A DNA stretch of 56,040 nt from an uncultured Gemmatimonadota bacterium (lineage in GTDB: Bacteria; GCA-2686955). How positions within the stretch are numbered: the first letter of the stretch is position 1; each line of letters begins with the position of its first letter. The position numbers and the translations under genes are program-made. The stretch covers positions 1-56,040 of the forward strand of contig CAZBBK010000036.1 in assembly GCA_964490075.1 (NCBI GenBank), in the 5' to 3' direction. The notes beneath the pieces are model-generated. The model was not told the DNA's origin. It searched no databases and saw only the letters and a program-made list of their open reading frames with translations. Positions 1 to 8,963 of the stretch are shown one piece after another.

Positions 1-1
1 G

Positions 2-112
2 GGCACCTACGAGCTGACCCTGCGCGTCCAGCCGCGGGTGCAGCTCGACCGCTGGTTGCTCACGACTCGCGACCGGTTCCCCTTGCTCGCGGAGCGGCCG
101 CACGATTGGTAG
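2..112 (+). CDS. 3' end of a CDS entering from the left edge; product unknown
   Basis: Open frame with GC3-rich codons, GTYELTLRVQPRVQLDRWLLTTRDRFPLLAERPHDW, ending at TAG 110-112. Confidence 0.55.
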   Translation, partial: GTYELTLRVQPRVQLDRWLLTTRDRFPLLAERPHDW

Positions 113-510
113 GGGGGTGGGCGGGGGATTTCGCCACCCACCACCTGGAGCCGCCCGATCAGTCGCCGGCGCGGGTCGGGCCGGATGCGGTCTCGACCGA
201 GCCGCCGCTTTTCGGGCCGCGCTGAGAGAGCGAAATCGAGCGCGTGCCCGCGCCGCCCAGAGTCGCGAGCTGCGGGCGAGTCACAGCCGCAACAAGCGTC
301 TTGACGGCAGAAGTCCCCGGCCACGACCACGCGCCGGGTGCCGCGCTGAGGATTCAACATGGGGCCCTCGTTCCGGGGACAATCCCAACCCCAATCCCGG
401 ACCCAATCACAGCGCCCGCCGACCCGCCACCCCCCGATCGGTGATAGTCTGCCGAATTCCCGCGGTCGCGGCGCACCCGGCTCCGCGAAGCGTGCCGTGA
501 TCTGGACGCA

Positions 511-1275
511 ATGGCCCCCACATCCACCAGCTCGGGCGATCCCAACGCCGCCGTGCGGCGCATGTTCGACGCCATCTCAGGGCGCTACGACCTGCTGAAC
601 CGCGTGCTCTCCGCCACCTTCGATCGATCCTGGCGGCGCCGCGCGGCCGCTCTGCTGCCTCCCTGTGGAAAGGTGCTCGATCTGTGCGCCGGCACCGCCG
701 ATCTGGCGATCGCGATCGATCGCGCGCAAGGAGGTGAGGCGCGCATCGTGGCGGCCGATTTCTCGGGGCCGATGCTCGATCTGGCGGGCCCAAAGCTGCG
801 CCGCGCGGGGGTCCGCGCCGGGATCACACGGGCCGACGCCCGGATGCTGCCGCTGCGCGCGGAATCGTTCGATGGCGTGGCGGTCGCGTTCGGGATTCGC
901 AATATCACGCCGCCCGAGGCGGGACTGCGCGAGATGGCCCGGGTGCTGCGGCCTGGTGGTCATCTGCTGGTCCTGGAGTTCTTCGGTCCCGCGGGCGGGT
1001 CGTTGCGTACGATCTTCGCCTTCTATTTCCGACAGGTATTGCCGCGTCTGGGGGGGGCGATCTCGGGCGCCTCGGAGGCCTACCGCTACCTGCCGGATTC
1101 GGTGGCCCGCTTCGTGACCCGCGATTCCTTCGGCGAGCTGCTGCGCTCCTGCGGCCTGGACGAGCTGGCGCGTGAGGAGCTCTCGGGCGGCATCGCGACC
1201 GCGTGGCTGGCGCGGCGGCGCCCAGAGCCGCGCGCTGCGGAGGCGCGCTTGGGTGCCGAGGCCGGTTGCCGATGA
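511..1275 (+). CDS. ubiE: Demethylmenaquinone/ubiquinone methyltransferase (UbiE/MenG family)
   Basis: VRRMFDAISGRYDLLNRVLS, SAM motif VLDLCAGTAD, AFGIRN, EMARVLRPGG, AYRYLPDSV. Confidence 0.93.
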   Translation: MAPTSTSSGDPNAAVRRMFDAISGRYDLLNRVLSATFDRSWRRRAAALLPPCGKVLDLCAGTADLAIAIDRAQGGEARIVAADFSGPMLDLAGPKLRRAGVRAGITRADARMLPLRAESFDGVAVAFGIRNITPPEAGLREMARVLRPGGHLLVLEFFGPAGGSLRTIFAFYFRQVLPRLGGAISGASEAYRYLPDSVARFVTRDSFGELLRSCGLDELAREELSGGIATAWLARRRPEPRAAEARLGAEAGCR

Positions 1276-2144
1276 GCTCCGGATCGCTGCTGCGGCAGAC
1301 CCGCGTCACGCTCGAGATGATCAAGTTCTCGCACACCGTCTTCGCGCTGCCCTTCGCGCTGCTCTCCGCGGTGCTGGCCGCCGACGGGATGCCCGCCGCC
1401 GGCGTGCTGCTGGGGATTTTGGGAGCGATGGTCGGCGCGAGATCGGCGGCTCTGGCTTTCAATCGCCTGGTCGATGTCGGCTTCGACGCCCGCAACCCAC
1501 GCACCGCGGATCGGGCTCTGGCGGCCGGCCACGTCAGCCGGCGCTACGTCGTGGCCTTCACCCTGGCCTCGGTTGCGCTCTTCGTCGGCTCGGCGGCATG
1601 GTTGAACCCGATCTGCCTGGCGCTCTCACCCCTCGCACTGGCGGTGGTGCTCGGCTACTCCTTCACCAAGCGCTTCACCGCCGCCAGCCATTTCGTGCTC
1701 GGCCTGGCGCTCGGAATCGCACCGACCGGGGCCTGGCTGGCCGTGACCGGGTCTTTCGCCCTCACGCCGCTCTTGTTGAGCGCGATCGTGATCCTGTGGA
1801 CGGCCGGATTCGACCTGATCTACGCCTGCCAGGACATCGACTTCGACCGCTGCGCCGGTCTTCGCTCGCTGCCGGCATCGCTGGGCGCGGCGGCGGCGCT
1901 CGAGCTGGCGCGCTGGCTGCACCTCGGCATGCTCGCGGGCCTGGTCGGGCTCCCCTTGATGGTGGCGTCGCTGGGTTGGATTTACTGGGTCGGTGTCGCC
2001 GCGGTCGCCGGGATGTTGGCCTACGAGCACAGCATCGTCTCGGCCGAGGATCTGAGCCGTGTCGATCTGGCCTTCTTCAAGCTCAACGGTGCCCTCAGCG
2101 TGGCGCTGGCGTTGGCGATCATCGTGGACGTGGGGCTCCGATGA
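1272..2144 (+). CDS. mqnP: UbiA-family prenyltransferase, futalosine-pathway MqnP type
   Basis: MIKFSHTVFALPFA, GARSAALAFNRLVD..DARNPRT..R, YSFTKRFT, GFDLIYACQDIDFD; ATG 1272 overlaps the ubiE stop (ATGA). Confidence 0.88.
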   Translation: MSSGSLLRQTRVTLEMIKFSHTVFALPFALLSAVLAADGMPAAGVLLGILGAMVGARSAALAFNRLVDVGFDARNPRTADRALAAGHVSRRYVVAFTLASVALFVGSAAWLNPICLALSPLALAVVLGYSFTKRFTAASHFVLGLALGIAPTGAWLAVTGSFALTPLLLSAIVILWTAGFDLIYACQDIDFDRCAGLRSLPASLGAAAALELARWLHLGMLAGLVGLPLMVASLGWIYWVGVAAVAGMLAYEHSIVSAEDLSRVDLAFFKLNGALSVALALAIIVDVGLR

Positions 2145-3157
2145 ACGATCGATGGCCGCCGCCGCTGCCACCGGTCTCACTGGTCGCGGGCGCCGCACCG
2201 ATCCGTCTCGGCGTGGTCTCCTTCCTCAACGCCCGGCCCCTGGTCTGGGCGCTGGAAGAGCGCCCGACACCGCAGCTCGTGCTCTCCTACGACCACCCGG
2301 CGGCGCTGGCGCGCCAGCTGCGCGCGGGCGAGATCGATGTCGGCCTGGTGCCGGTGGCCGAGGCACTGCGCAATCCTTCCTGGTGCGCGATCGAGGGCCT
2401 CTCGATCTCTTCGGACGGGCCGGTCTGGTCGGTCAAGCTGCTCACCGAGACGCCCCCTCGCGACGGCGAGCACCGGCTGCGACGGATCGGAGTCGACTAC
2501 CGGAGCCGCTCCTCGGTGGCGCTGCTGCGCGCCCTCTTGGCCGACCTGGACGGACCGGTGCCGGAGCTGGTGGAGATCGATCCGTCCACCGATATCGCCG
2601 CCGACGGCCGCCCGGCCGATGCCCGACTCGACGGCGTGCTGGTGATCGGGGACCGGGCGTTGGATCTCCCCGAGGGCTGGGATCTCGGCGCGGCGTGGAG
2701 GCGCAAGACCGGTCTGCCCTTCATCTACGCGTTGTGGATGGCCCGAAACCGCCGGTGCGCGGCCGCGCTCGGGGATAGACTTCGGGCAGCCCGCGACCTC
2801 GGTCTGGAGCACCTGGATCGAATCCTGGCCCACGACTCCGCCTTTCGCGGCCGGGACGAGAAGCTGATGCGCCGCTACCTCAGGGAAGCAATCGACTACG
2901 GCTGGAGCGACCGGCACCGGCGGGCGATCGCCCGTTTCGCGCGCGCGATCGGCGTCGATCCCGGGTCGCGCTCGGTCCACGAGGGCGATCCACGCCCCGC
3001 TCCGAGCGCTGCTGAGCACGGCCAGTCGATCACCGAGTTCATCCTCGTCCTGGTGCTGGTGAGCATCCCGGTGTTTCTTTCGCTGCAGGCATTCAAGATG
3101 GCGCTGGGCGAGTACTTGCGGCGCCTGGCGATCGGGGTGTCGATTCCCTTTGTTTGA
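2141..3157 (+). CDS. mqnA: Chorismate dehydratase MqnA with a C-terminal Flp/Tad prepilin-like extension (338 aa)
   Basis: RLGVVSFLNARPL, ISSDGPVWSV, SRSSVALLR, VLVIGDRAL, WDLGAAW..KTGLPFIYALW are MqnA motifs. ATG 2141 overlaps the mqnP stop. The tail reads HG|QSITEFILVLVLVSIPV. Confidence 0.85.
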   Translation: MNDRWPPPLPPVSLVAGAAPIRLGVVSFLNARPLVWALEERPTPQLVLSYDHPAALARQLRAGEIDVGLVPVAEALRNPSWCAIEGLSISSDGPVWSVKLLTETPPRDGEHRLRRIGVDYRSRSSVALLRALLADLDGPVPELVEIDPSTDIAADGRPADARLDGVLVIGDRALDLPEGWDLGAAWRRKTGLPFIYALWMARNRRCAAALGDRLRAARDLGLEHLDRILAHDSAFRGRDEKLMRRYLREAIDYGWSDRHRRAIARFARAIGVDPGSRSVHEGDPRPAPSAAEHGQSITEFILVLVLVSIPVFLSLQAFKMALGEYLRRLAIGVSIPFV

Positions 3158-3353
3158 GTAGCTCACTGCCACCGGCGAGGGCAACGCCGTCCGCATCGAA
3201 TCGCCGCTGCCAGCGCTTTGCCTGCGGTTTTTCCCCCATGGGGGTGTTAGAATCGGCACCAAAGGACCATCGCCGGGTGGCGGAAGCGCCGGGCGATCGC
3301 CGAATTGCCGCGGAATTGTCCGAAAAGGGCGCGGAGCGGAGGTCGCCAGTGGT

Positions 3354-3369
3354 TGGCACGCCGCTTGCG
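3354..3369 (+). promoter_or_regulatory. Sigma-54 (-24/-12) promoter for the flp/tad operon
   Basis: TGGCACG-ccgc-TTGCG matches TGGCACG-N4-TTGC, ~105 bp upstream of the first pilin. Confidence 0.8.
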
Positions 3370-3473
3370 CAACAGTCGAGCGAGCGGTGGTGAGGCCGTC
3401 TCCGAGGCGTCCACCATCGAGCCAACGAGGATCCAGCTCGGACCGCGTCGACCCGAGTCCGAGGGAGACGAAG

Positions 3474-3656
3474 ATGATGAACCTGCTCCGTCGCATTCAC
3501 GACGATCAGCGGGGCCAGGGGCTCGCCGAGTACACGCTCCTGATCGCCCTCATCGCCATCGCGCTCATCACAATCGTTACCTCTTTCGGTGGCAAGCTGG
3601 GCGAGATCTTCACCTCCGCCACCACCGAGCTGAACGACAACGTGCTGCAGCCCTAG
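3474..3656 (+). CDS. flp: Flp family type IVb major pilin
   Basis: DDQRG|QGLAEYTLLIALIAIALI (G|xxxxEY Flp motif); 60 aa; RBS GAGGGAG at 3461-3467. Confidence 0.92.
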   Translation: MMNLLRRIHDDQRGQGLAEYTLLIALIAIALITIVTSFGGKLGEIFTSATTELNDNVLQP

Positions 3657-3677
3657 GTCGCCCCTCCAGCCATCATC

Positions 3678-3860
3678 ATGCGAGTCCCGAGCCGAGAGCG
3701 AACGCCGCGCGAGCAGGGCCAGAGCCTGATCGAGTACATCATGCTGGTCGCCCTGGTCGCGGTGGCGTTGATCTTCTCCACGCAAGAGCTCGGCATCGCA
3801 TTCTCGGATCTGTTCCGCAGCACCGCCGACTCGATGGCCTCCACCGACGTATTTCGCTAG
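3678..3860 (+). CDS. flp: Second Flp family pilin
   Basis: EQG|QSLIEYIMLVALVAVALI; 60 aa. Confidence 0.85.
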   Translation: MRVPSRERTPREQGQSLIEYIMLVALVAVALIFSTQELGIAFSDLFRSTADSMASTDVFR

Positions 3861-3868
3861 GTTCTGGC

Positions 3869-4399
3869 GTGCCGCCGGACGTTCTGCCGACGGTCGCGCT
3901 GGTCGCGTTCGTGCTGGCCGCCGCGTTCACCGATCTGAGATCGCGGCGCATCCCCAACGCTCTCACCTACCCCTGCATCGTCTTCGGCTGTGCCTTCCAT
4001 GCCCTGGGGGGAGCATGGTCCAGTGCTCTGCTGGGCCTGGCCTTCGGGTTCGGCCTGCTGCTGCTGCTGGCGCTCCTGGTCCCGGGAGCGCTGGGGATGG
4101 GGGATGTGAAGATGGCGGCGGCGATCGGGGCCCTGGGGGGCTTTCCCTTCGTGGTCGACGCGCTGCTCTGGGGCATGGCCTTCGGCGGAGTGGGCGCGCT
4201 CGTCACCATGGCCGCGCGACGCCGCCTGGGGCTGCTGCTGCGCCGGGTGAGGGCCCTGCTCGAGGCGGTGGCGGTCGCGGCGCGAGCCGGAGGACGGGTG
4301 CACCTGGCGCCCCGAGCCGACGCCGGGGCGGAGGTCCCCTTCGGCGTGGCGCTGGCCGCCGGCACCCTCTTCGTGCTGCTGCGCGGAGGGCTGGCATGA
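3869..4399 (+). CDS. cpaA: A24-family prepilin peptidase (TadV/CpaA)
   Basis: TDLRSRRIPNALT, GMGDVKMAAAIGA, VPFGVALAAG; GTG start inferred at 3869. Confidence 0.9.
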   Translation: MPPDVLPTVALVAFVLAAAFTDLRSRRIPNALTYPCIVFGCAFHALGGAWSSALLGLAFGFGLLLLLALLVPGALGMGDVKMAAAIGALGGFPFVVDALLWGMAFGGVGALVTMAARRRLGLLLRRVRALLEAVAVAARAGGRVHLAPRADAGAEVPFGVALAAGTLFVLLRGGLA

Positions 4400-4950
4400 G
4401 GCGGCGCGAGGGACAGACCGTCGTCGAGGTGCTGGTGGTGCTGCCTCTGCTCATTCTGCTGGTGCTGGGCCTGTTGCAGTACGCCCTGGTGCTGCAGGCC
4501 AAGCAGCTGGTGAACGCCGCGGCGTGGCGGGGGGCGAGGGCGGCCTCGGTGGCGGCCGACTATGAGGGCTGGCCCGGCTGGGATCTGCTGCCTCGAGTGC
4601 AGCTGGCGGCGATCTCGGCGCGCAGCCCGGCGCCGCCCCCGCCCAACGTCGAGAAGCGGATTCGCGCCGCCGCCGCCGACCTGGTGCCGGCGGAGGATGC
4701 ACGCCATCTCGACGACCTGCTGCAACGGGTCGCCTACACCATGGACCGGCGCAACCTGCGGGTCGACCACCAGGATCTGCTGCGGTCGGGAGAGGGGGGG
4801 GAGCCGGTCCCCTCGGTCACGGTGCTGGTTCGTTATCGATTTCTGCTGCAGTTCCCGCTGGTCGATCAGATCTTCGACCGCGTCGACGGTCGCGTCGATC
4901 AGCGCATGCTGATCAGTGCGCGCTGCACTCTGCCCGTGGAGCCGGCGTGA
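4396..4950 (+). CDS. tadE: TadE-like pseudopilin
   Basis: REG|QTVVEVLVVLPLLILLVLGLLQY...NAAAWRGARAA; ATGA overlap with cpaA. Confidence 0.85.
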   Translation: MRRREGQTVVEVLVVLPLLILLVLGLLQYALVLQAKQLVNAAAWRGARAASVAADYEGWPGWDLLPRVQLAAISARSPAPPPPNVEKRIRAAAADLVPAEDARHLDDLLQRVAYTMDRRNLRVDHQDLLRSGEGGEPVPSVTVLVRYRFLLQFPLVDQIFDRVDGRVDQRMLISARCTLPVEPA

Positions 4951-6200
4951 GGACTGTGCTCGGCGCGCGGCGGCAGGAGCGGGGGCAGGTGGTGCTGGTG
5001 CTGCTGGTCGGGGTGCTGATCGCCACCCTCTTCATGGTCGGCGGCTTCGAGGTCACGCGCCTGGTGCAGCGCGCCCTGGTCGGGCAGAACACCTGCGACG
5101 GCGCGGCGCGCGCGGCGGCGACCTGGCAGGCCCGAGGGCTCAACGTGATCGGCAGCGCCAACGTGGCCTCCAGCCTGCTGCTGCTGGAGTACGTGCTGCC
5201 CTTTCCGGAGATGGATGCCTTCGATCCGGCTCTGGAGGAGGCGGCGCGCGAGATCGCCGCGCTCCAGGACTCGGTGGCGCTGCTCTATCCGGCGATGGGC
5301 GTGGTGGCGGCCTCGGCGGTGGCCCGCCAGGCGGGGATGGACGCCCTCAGCGCGGAAGATCTGCGCGAGATGGGCTACGAGGAGGCGGCCGAATGGCTCG
5401 CCTCGATCGAGAGCTCCGGCGAGCTCGGCGCCGTGCTTTCGGGCGCCCTGCACGCGGTGCCGGTGGGGTCGGATCAGGCGCAGCCGATGCTCTCGTTGGG
5501 GGTGCATCGCGCCGAGCGAGAGGGGCTGGCGCACCTGGCCGCGGCCTTCCTGGCCAGCGACGGCACCGCTCTCGACATGATCTTCGGACAGTTCGACGCG
5601 CCGATCTACGCATCCGCCCAGGCGCCGGTGCTGCTTTTCGGGCACCACGGACCGGCCGACTACTCGCTGGTGGAGAGCCCGGGCGCGGCGGAAGACGTGA
5701 TGCAGCTGATCTACTTGGTGGCGCCGGGGGTCCATGGTACCGAAAACGTGCTCACCCATCGCGGGGTCGCCAAGCTGGAACGCTTCCTGGGCTATCCACC
5801 GCGGACCACGCCGATCGGTCTCGAAGATCTGCTGGTCGTGCGCGCCCTGGGCCCGGTCGATGCCGACGAGCTGGCGGCGCGTTTCGGCTGGACCAAGACC
5901 GCGCTGGTGGAGCGCAGCATCGAGCTGGCGATCGAGGCTTTGCAGTCGACTCCCGACTTCGCCTTTTCCTTCTACGTTTTCGACCGCGATCCCTGGACCC
6001 GATCGGGGGCTTCGACGACCATGTTGGCGCGCGAGCGCGGCTGGAGCTCGGCGCTGGTGCCGGGCGAGATGATCGATGCGGTGTTCCTGGCGGCGGCCGC
6101 ACCGGTGGCCCACGAGCCGACCGTGGGAGCGATGGTGCTGCCGATCTTCGACGACGTGGGTCTGCGCCAGGTGGCGGACGACGATGGGGACGGCCGGTGA
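4947..6200 (+). CDS. tadG: TadG-like (Tad N-terminal domain) minor pilin, possible tip protein
   Basis: ERG|QVVLVLLVGV, then QNTCDGAARAAATWQARGLN; C-terminal part not recognised. Confidence 0.7.
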   Translation: MRTVLGARRQERGQVVLVLLVGVLIATLFMVGGFEVTRLVQRALVGQNTCDGAARAAATWQARGLNVIGSANVASSLLLLEYVLPFPEMDAFDPALEEAAREIAALQDSVALLYPAMGVVAASAVARQAGMDALSAEDLREMGYEEAAEWLASIESSGELGAVLSGALHAVPVGSDQAQPMLSLGVHRAEREGLAHLAAAFLASDGTALDMIFGQFDAPIYASAQAPVLLFGHHGPADYSLVESPGAAEDVMQLIYLVAPGVHGTENVLTHRGVAKLERFLGYPPRTTPIGLEDLLVVRALGPVDADELAARFGWTKTALVERSIELAIEALQSTPDFAFSFYVFDRDPWTRSGASTTMLARERGWSSALVPGEMIDAVFLAAAAPVAHEPTVGAMVLPIFDDVGLRQVADDDGDGR

Positions 6201-6733
6201 AGGCACGGGCGACGGGCGGGCAGGCCGCGGTGGAGCTGGCGATCGGCCTGCCGATCCTCATTCTGCTGCTGATCACGATCCTGCAGGGAGCGATGCTCGG
6301 TGTGGCGCTCCACGAGGCACAGCTCGTGGCCAACCAGGTCGCCGCCGAGGCCGCGCGCTCGCCGGGCCTGCTCTATGTCGACCCGGCGCGCTTCATCGAC
6401 TTCGGCGTCTACCATGCGATCGGCGGGCGCGAGCTCATGACCGGAGAAGCGGCGTTCTCGGGGAATCGGAGCTTCCAGATGGGGGCCATGCGGGTGCGGG
6501 TGGAGTACGCCGATCTGCTGAAGGTCGACGAGCGCCGAACCATCGGCAGCAAGCTGACCGGCGGCAGCGACGAGGAGGGTGCCGCGCAGCTCATGGGCCG
6601 GCTCGACTTCGGACATGTGCGGGTGACGGCGGAGCGGGAGATCGAGGCCTTGCCGGGGATCCGCGCCTTTCACCCGCAGAGCTTCATCGTGCGCGCTTCC
6701 GCCGTGGGGGGGCTGGCCGAGGAGGCACGGTGA
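6197..6733 (+). CDS. TadE/TadF-like pseudopilin
   Basis: GG|QAAVELAIGLPILILLLITILQ...AAEAAR; GTGA overlap with the upstream stop. Confidence 0.8.
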   Translation: MKARATGGQAAVELAIGLPILILLLITILQGAMLGVALHEAQLVANQVAAEAARSPGLLYVDPARFIDFGVYHAIGGRELMTGEAAFSGNRSFQMGAMRVRVEYADLLKVDERRTIGSKLTGGSDEEGAAQLMGRLDFGHVRVTAEREIEALPGIRAFHPQSFIVRASAVGGLAEEAR

Positions 6734-6787
6734 GACGGTCGATTGCGGTAGAGTCCGACCCCAACCCAACGCCAGGAGGGGCGCATC

Positions 6788-7645
6788 TTGGAGACCAAGC
6801 CCGACGAAGGCGGCCCTGAGAAACGCTACGACCTGCTCACGATCGCGATCGCGCTGATCGCGGGGCTGCTCGCCATCTGGGCGGGCAATCGCTACTTCGG
6901 CGCCCAGATCAAGTCGGCCGAGGAGCCGGAGATCCAGATCCTGGCGGCGGCGCGGGATCTCGCCGCGGGGGAGCAGATCGCCGAAGACGCGGTGGTGGTG
7001 GTGCCCTATCCGGCGCGGGCGGTGACCGGCGACATGGCCCGGCCGCAGGATCGCGTGGTGCTGGTCGATCTGCCGCTGCGGGTGGCGGTCAGAAAAGGCA
7101 ATCCGATCCTGCGCAGCTATGTGAGCGGTGCGCCGATCGATGCACGGCTCTCGATGCTCCTCCAGGAAGGCGATCGCGCGATCACCATCGCGGTCGATCC
7201 AGTCTCTGGACTGGCGGGTCATCTGCGTCCGAACGATCGCGTCGACGTGCTCGGCACCTTTCAGGTTCCTTCCGCCGATCCGGCCCGCGCGCTGCGCACC
7301 CGTACGCTGTTGGTCAACGTGCCGGTGCTCGCGGTCGGCGAGCGCACCGGGACCAGCTTCGCGGACCAGCGCTTGCCCGGGCTGGCGCTGCTCTCTTCCC
7401 AGACCCGATCGCGCGCCCAGGCCACCACGGTGACCTTGCGGGTGACGCCCGAGCAAGGAGAGATACTGGCCTTCGCCAGCGAGAGCGCGCGCCTGAAGCT
7501 GCTCTTGCGGCATCCCGACGACGCTTCGCCACGATCCGAGCCGGTCGATCACACGCTCGGCGAGCTCTTCGATCTGCCCGAGCGAACCGCGAGCGATGCG
7601 CCACCGGCCCGTCCACCCCGATCCCCGGTGACCTATGAGCGATAG
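6788..7645 (+). CDS. cpaB: Flp pilus assembly protein CpaB/RcpC
   Basis: N-terminal TM, SAF domain (AARDLAAGEQI), RAITIAVD..SGLAGHLRPNDRVDVL, TVTLRVTP; TTG start with AGGAGG RBS. Confidence 0.9.
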   Translation: METKPDEGGPEKRYDLLTIAIALIAGLLAIWAGNRYFGAQIKSAEEPEIQILAAARDLAAGEQIAEDAVVVVPYPARAVTGDMARPQDRVVLVDLPLRVAVRKGNPILRSYVSGAPIDARLSMLLQEGDRAITIAVDPVSGLAGHLRPNDRVDVLGTFQVPSADPARALRTRTLLVNVPVLAVGERTGTSFADQRLPGLALLSSQTRSRAQATTVTLRVTPEQGEILAFASESARLKLLLRHPDDASPRSEPVDHTLGELFDLPERTASDAPPARPPRSPVTYER

Positions 7646-8963
7646 CGTCTTGCGCTGGCTGGCCGGCCTCCTTCTGGCCGTGGCGGCGAGCGCGCGGCCG
7701 GCGCCGGCCGCAGCTCTGATTCCCCCCTTGCGGCTCGATCTGAACGAGCAGCAGACCCTGGAGCTGGCGCGCTTCGAGAGCATCTATGCCGCCGACCGAT
7801 CGGTGGTGGCGGTGCGCCCGCTGGCGGGCAATCGCCAGGTCATCCTGACCGGCGTCGGCGAAGGCTCCACCAGCATCACCATCGTCTACCCGGGCGGCCG
7901 CACCGAGACCCGGAGCATCCGCGTGGTTTCGCAGCGGATCGCGGCCGATGATCTGCAGCTCCTGATCGGCGACATCTTCGGGATCCAGGTGCTCGAGGTC
8001 GGATCGAATATCGCGGTGCGGGGGGCGATCCGCACCCGCAGCGAGCTGAGCCGCTACCGAAAGGTCGTCGAGCGCTTCGACAACGTGATCGACCTGGTCG
8101 AGGACCTGAGCACCGGCAGCAATGTGCAGCTCGACGTGAAGGTCTTCGAGCTCACCCGCAGCGGGGTCGAGGAGCTCGGAGTCGAGTGGTTCGAGACCAT
8201 CCAGCAGTTCGACGTCGACTTCTCCGACCAGCCGCGCGGGCTCGAGTACCAGCTCACCCCGCCGCGCGGTGGCCTGCTCTACGGCGAGGAGACCCTGGCC
8301 GATCTGACGACACCGGTCACGGTCGGCAAGATGGCGCGGATCACGCCGCTCCTGGTCGAGCTGCGAGCCCTGGAGGAGCGCGGCGACGCCCGGCTCCTGG
8401 CCAAGCCCCAGCTGGTCGCGGAGAGCGGCAGCGAGGCCCGTTTCCAGGTCGGGGGGCGTCTGCCCTATCCCTTGGAGAGCAGCCAGGGGGCGGTCTCGGT
8501 GCAGTTCCAGGAGTACGGCACGATCCTGGAGATCCAGCCCAGCATCGTCTCCGCGGGGGCCATCGCCCTGGTGATTCGCGCTGAGGTTTCGGAGCCCGAC
8601 TACGTCAACTCGGTGCTCGGAACGCCGGGCATCCGGTCGCGCGAGGCGTCGACGACGGTGCAGCTGTTGGAAGGGGAGACCCTGGCGATCGCCGGGCTCC
8701 TGTCGACAGCCGAGTCCGAGTCGCGGCGCTCGCTTCCGATTCCGTTCCTCGCCGGGCTGCCGCTGATCGGGTCGCTGCTCGGATCGGAGCGCACCGAGGT
8801 CGATGAGATCGAGACCTTGATCCTGGTGACCCCGCACATCTTGACGGCCGGAACGTCGACCGTGGGCAGCGCCACGCTGGAACAGATCCGTGGCGAGCGG
8901 GAGAGCCGCGCGCGGGGGGAGTCGGCGGCGGCGGCGCCGGAGAACGAGCCGGAAGGGTGGTAG
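7635..8963 (+). CDS. cpaC: Tad secretin RcpA/CpaC
   Basis: Signal peptide; ARLLAKPQLVAESGSEARFQVGGRLPY, EYGTILEIQP, GETLAIAGLL, IPFLAGLPLIGSL, ETLILVTPHI. Confidence 0.9.
   Translation: MSDSVLRWLAGLLLAVAASARPAPAAALIPPLRLDLNEQQTLELARFESIYAADRSVVAVRPLAGNRQVILTGVGEGSTSITIVYPGGRTETRSIRVVSQRIAADDLQLLIGDIFGIQVLEVGSNIAVRGAIRTRSELSRYRKVVERFDNVIDLVEDLSTGSNVQLDVKVFELTRSGVEELGVEWFETIQQFDVDFSDQPRGLEYQLTPPRGGLLYGEETLADLTTPVTVGKMARITPLLVELRALEERGDARLLAKPQLVAESGSEARFQVGGRLPYPLESSQGAVSVQFQEYGTILEIQPSIVSAGAIALVIRAEVSEPDYVNSVLGTPGIRSREASTTVQLLEGETLAIAGLLSTAESESRRSLPIPFLAGLPLIGSLLGSERTEVDEIETLILVTPHILTAGTSTVGSATLEQIRGERESRARGESAAAAPENEPEGW

Noticed and set aside
113-510. Short ORFs (7-360, 117-500, 244-444) and a TTGACG at 301 in the first intergenic gap
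   Set aside because: No motif, RBS or codon-pattern support, and no credible -10 element at 17 bp.
1172-2140. ORF-track 661-aa version of mqnA
   Set aside because: The upstream part overlaps mqnP in another frame and is Arg/Gly-rich shadow sequence. The real start is ATG 2141, coupled to the mqnP stop.
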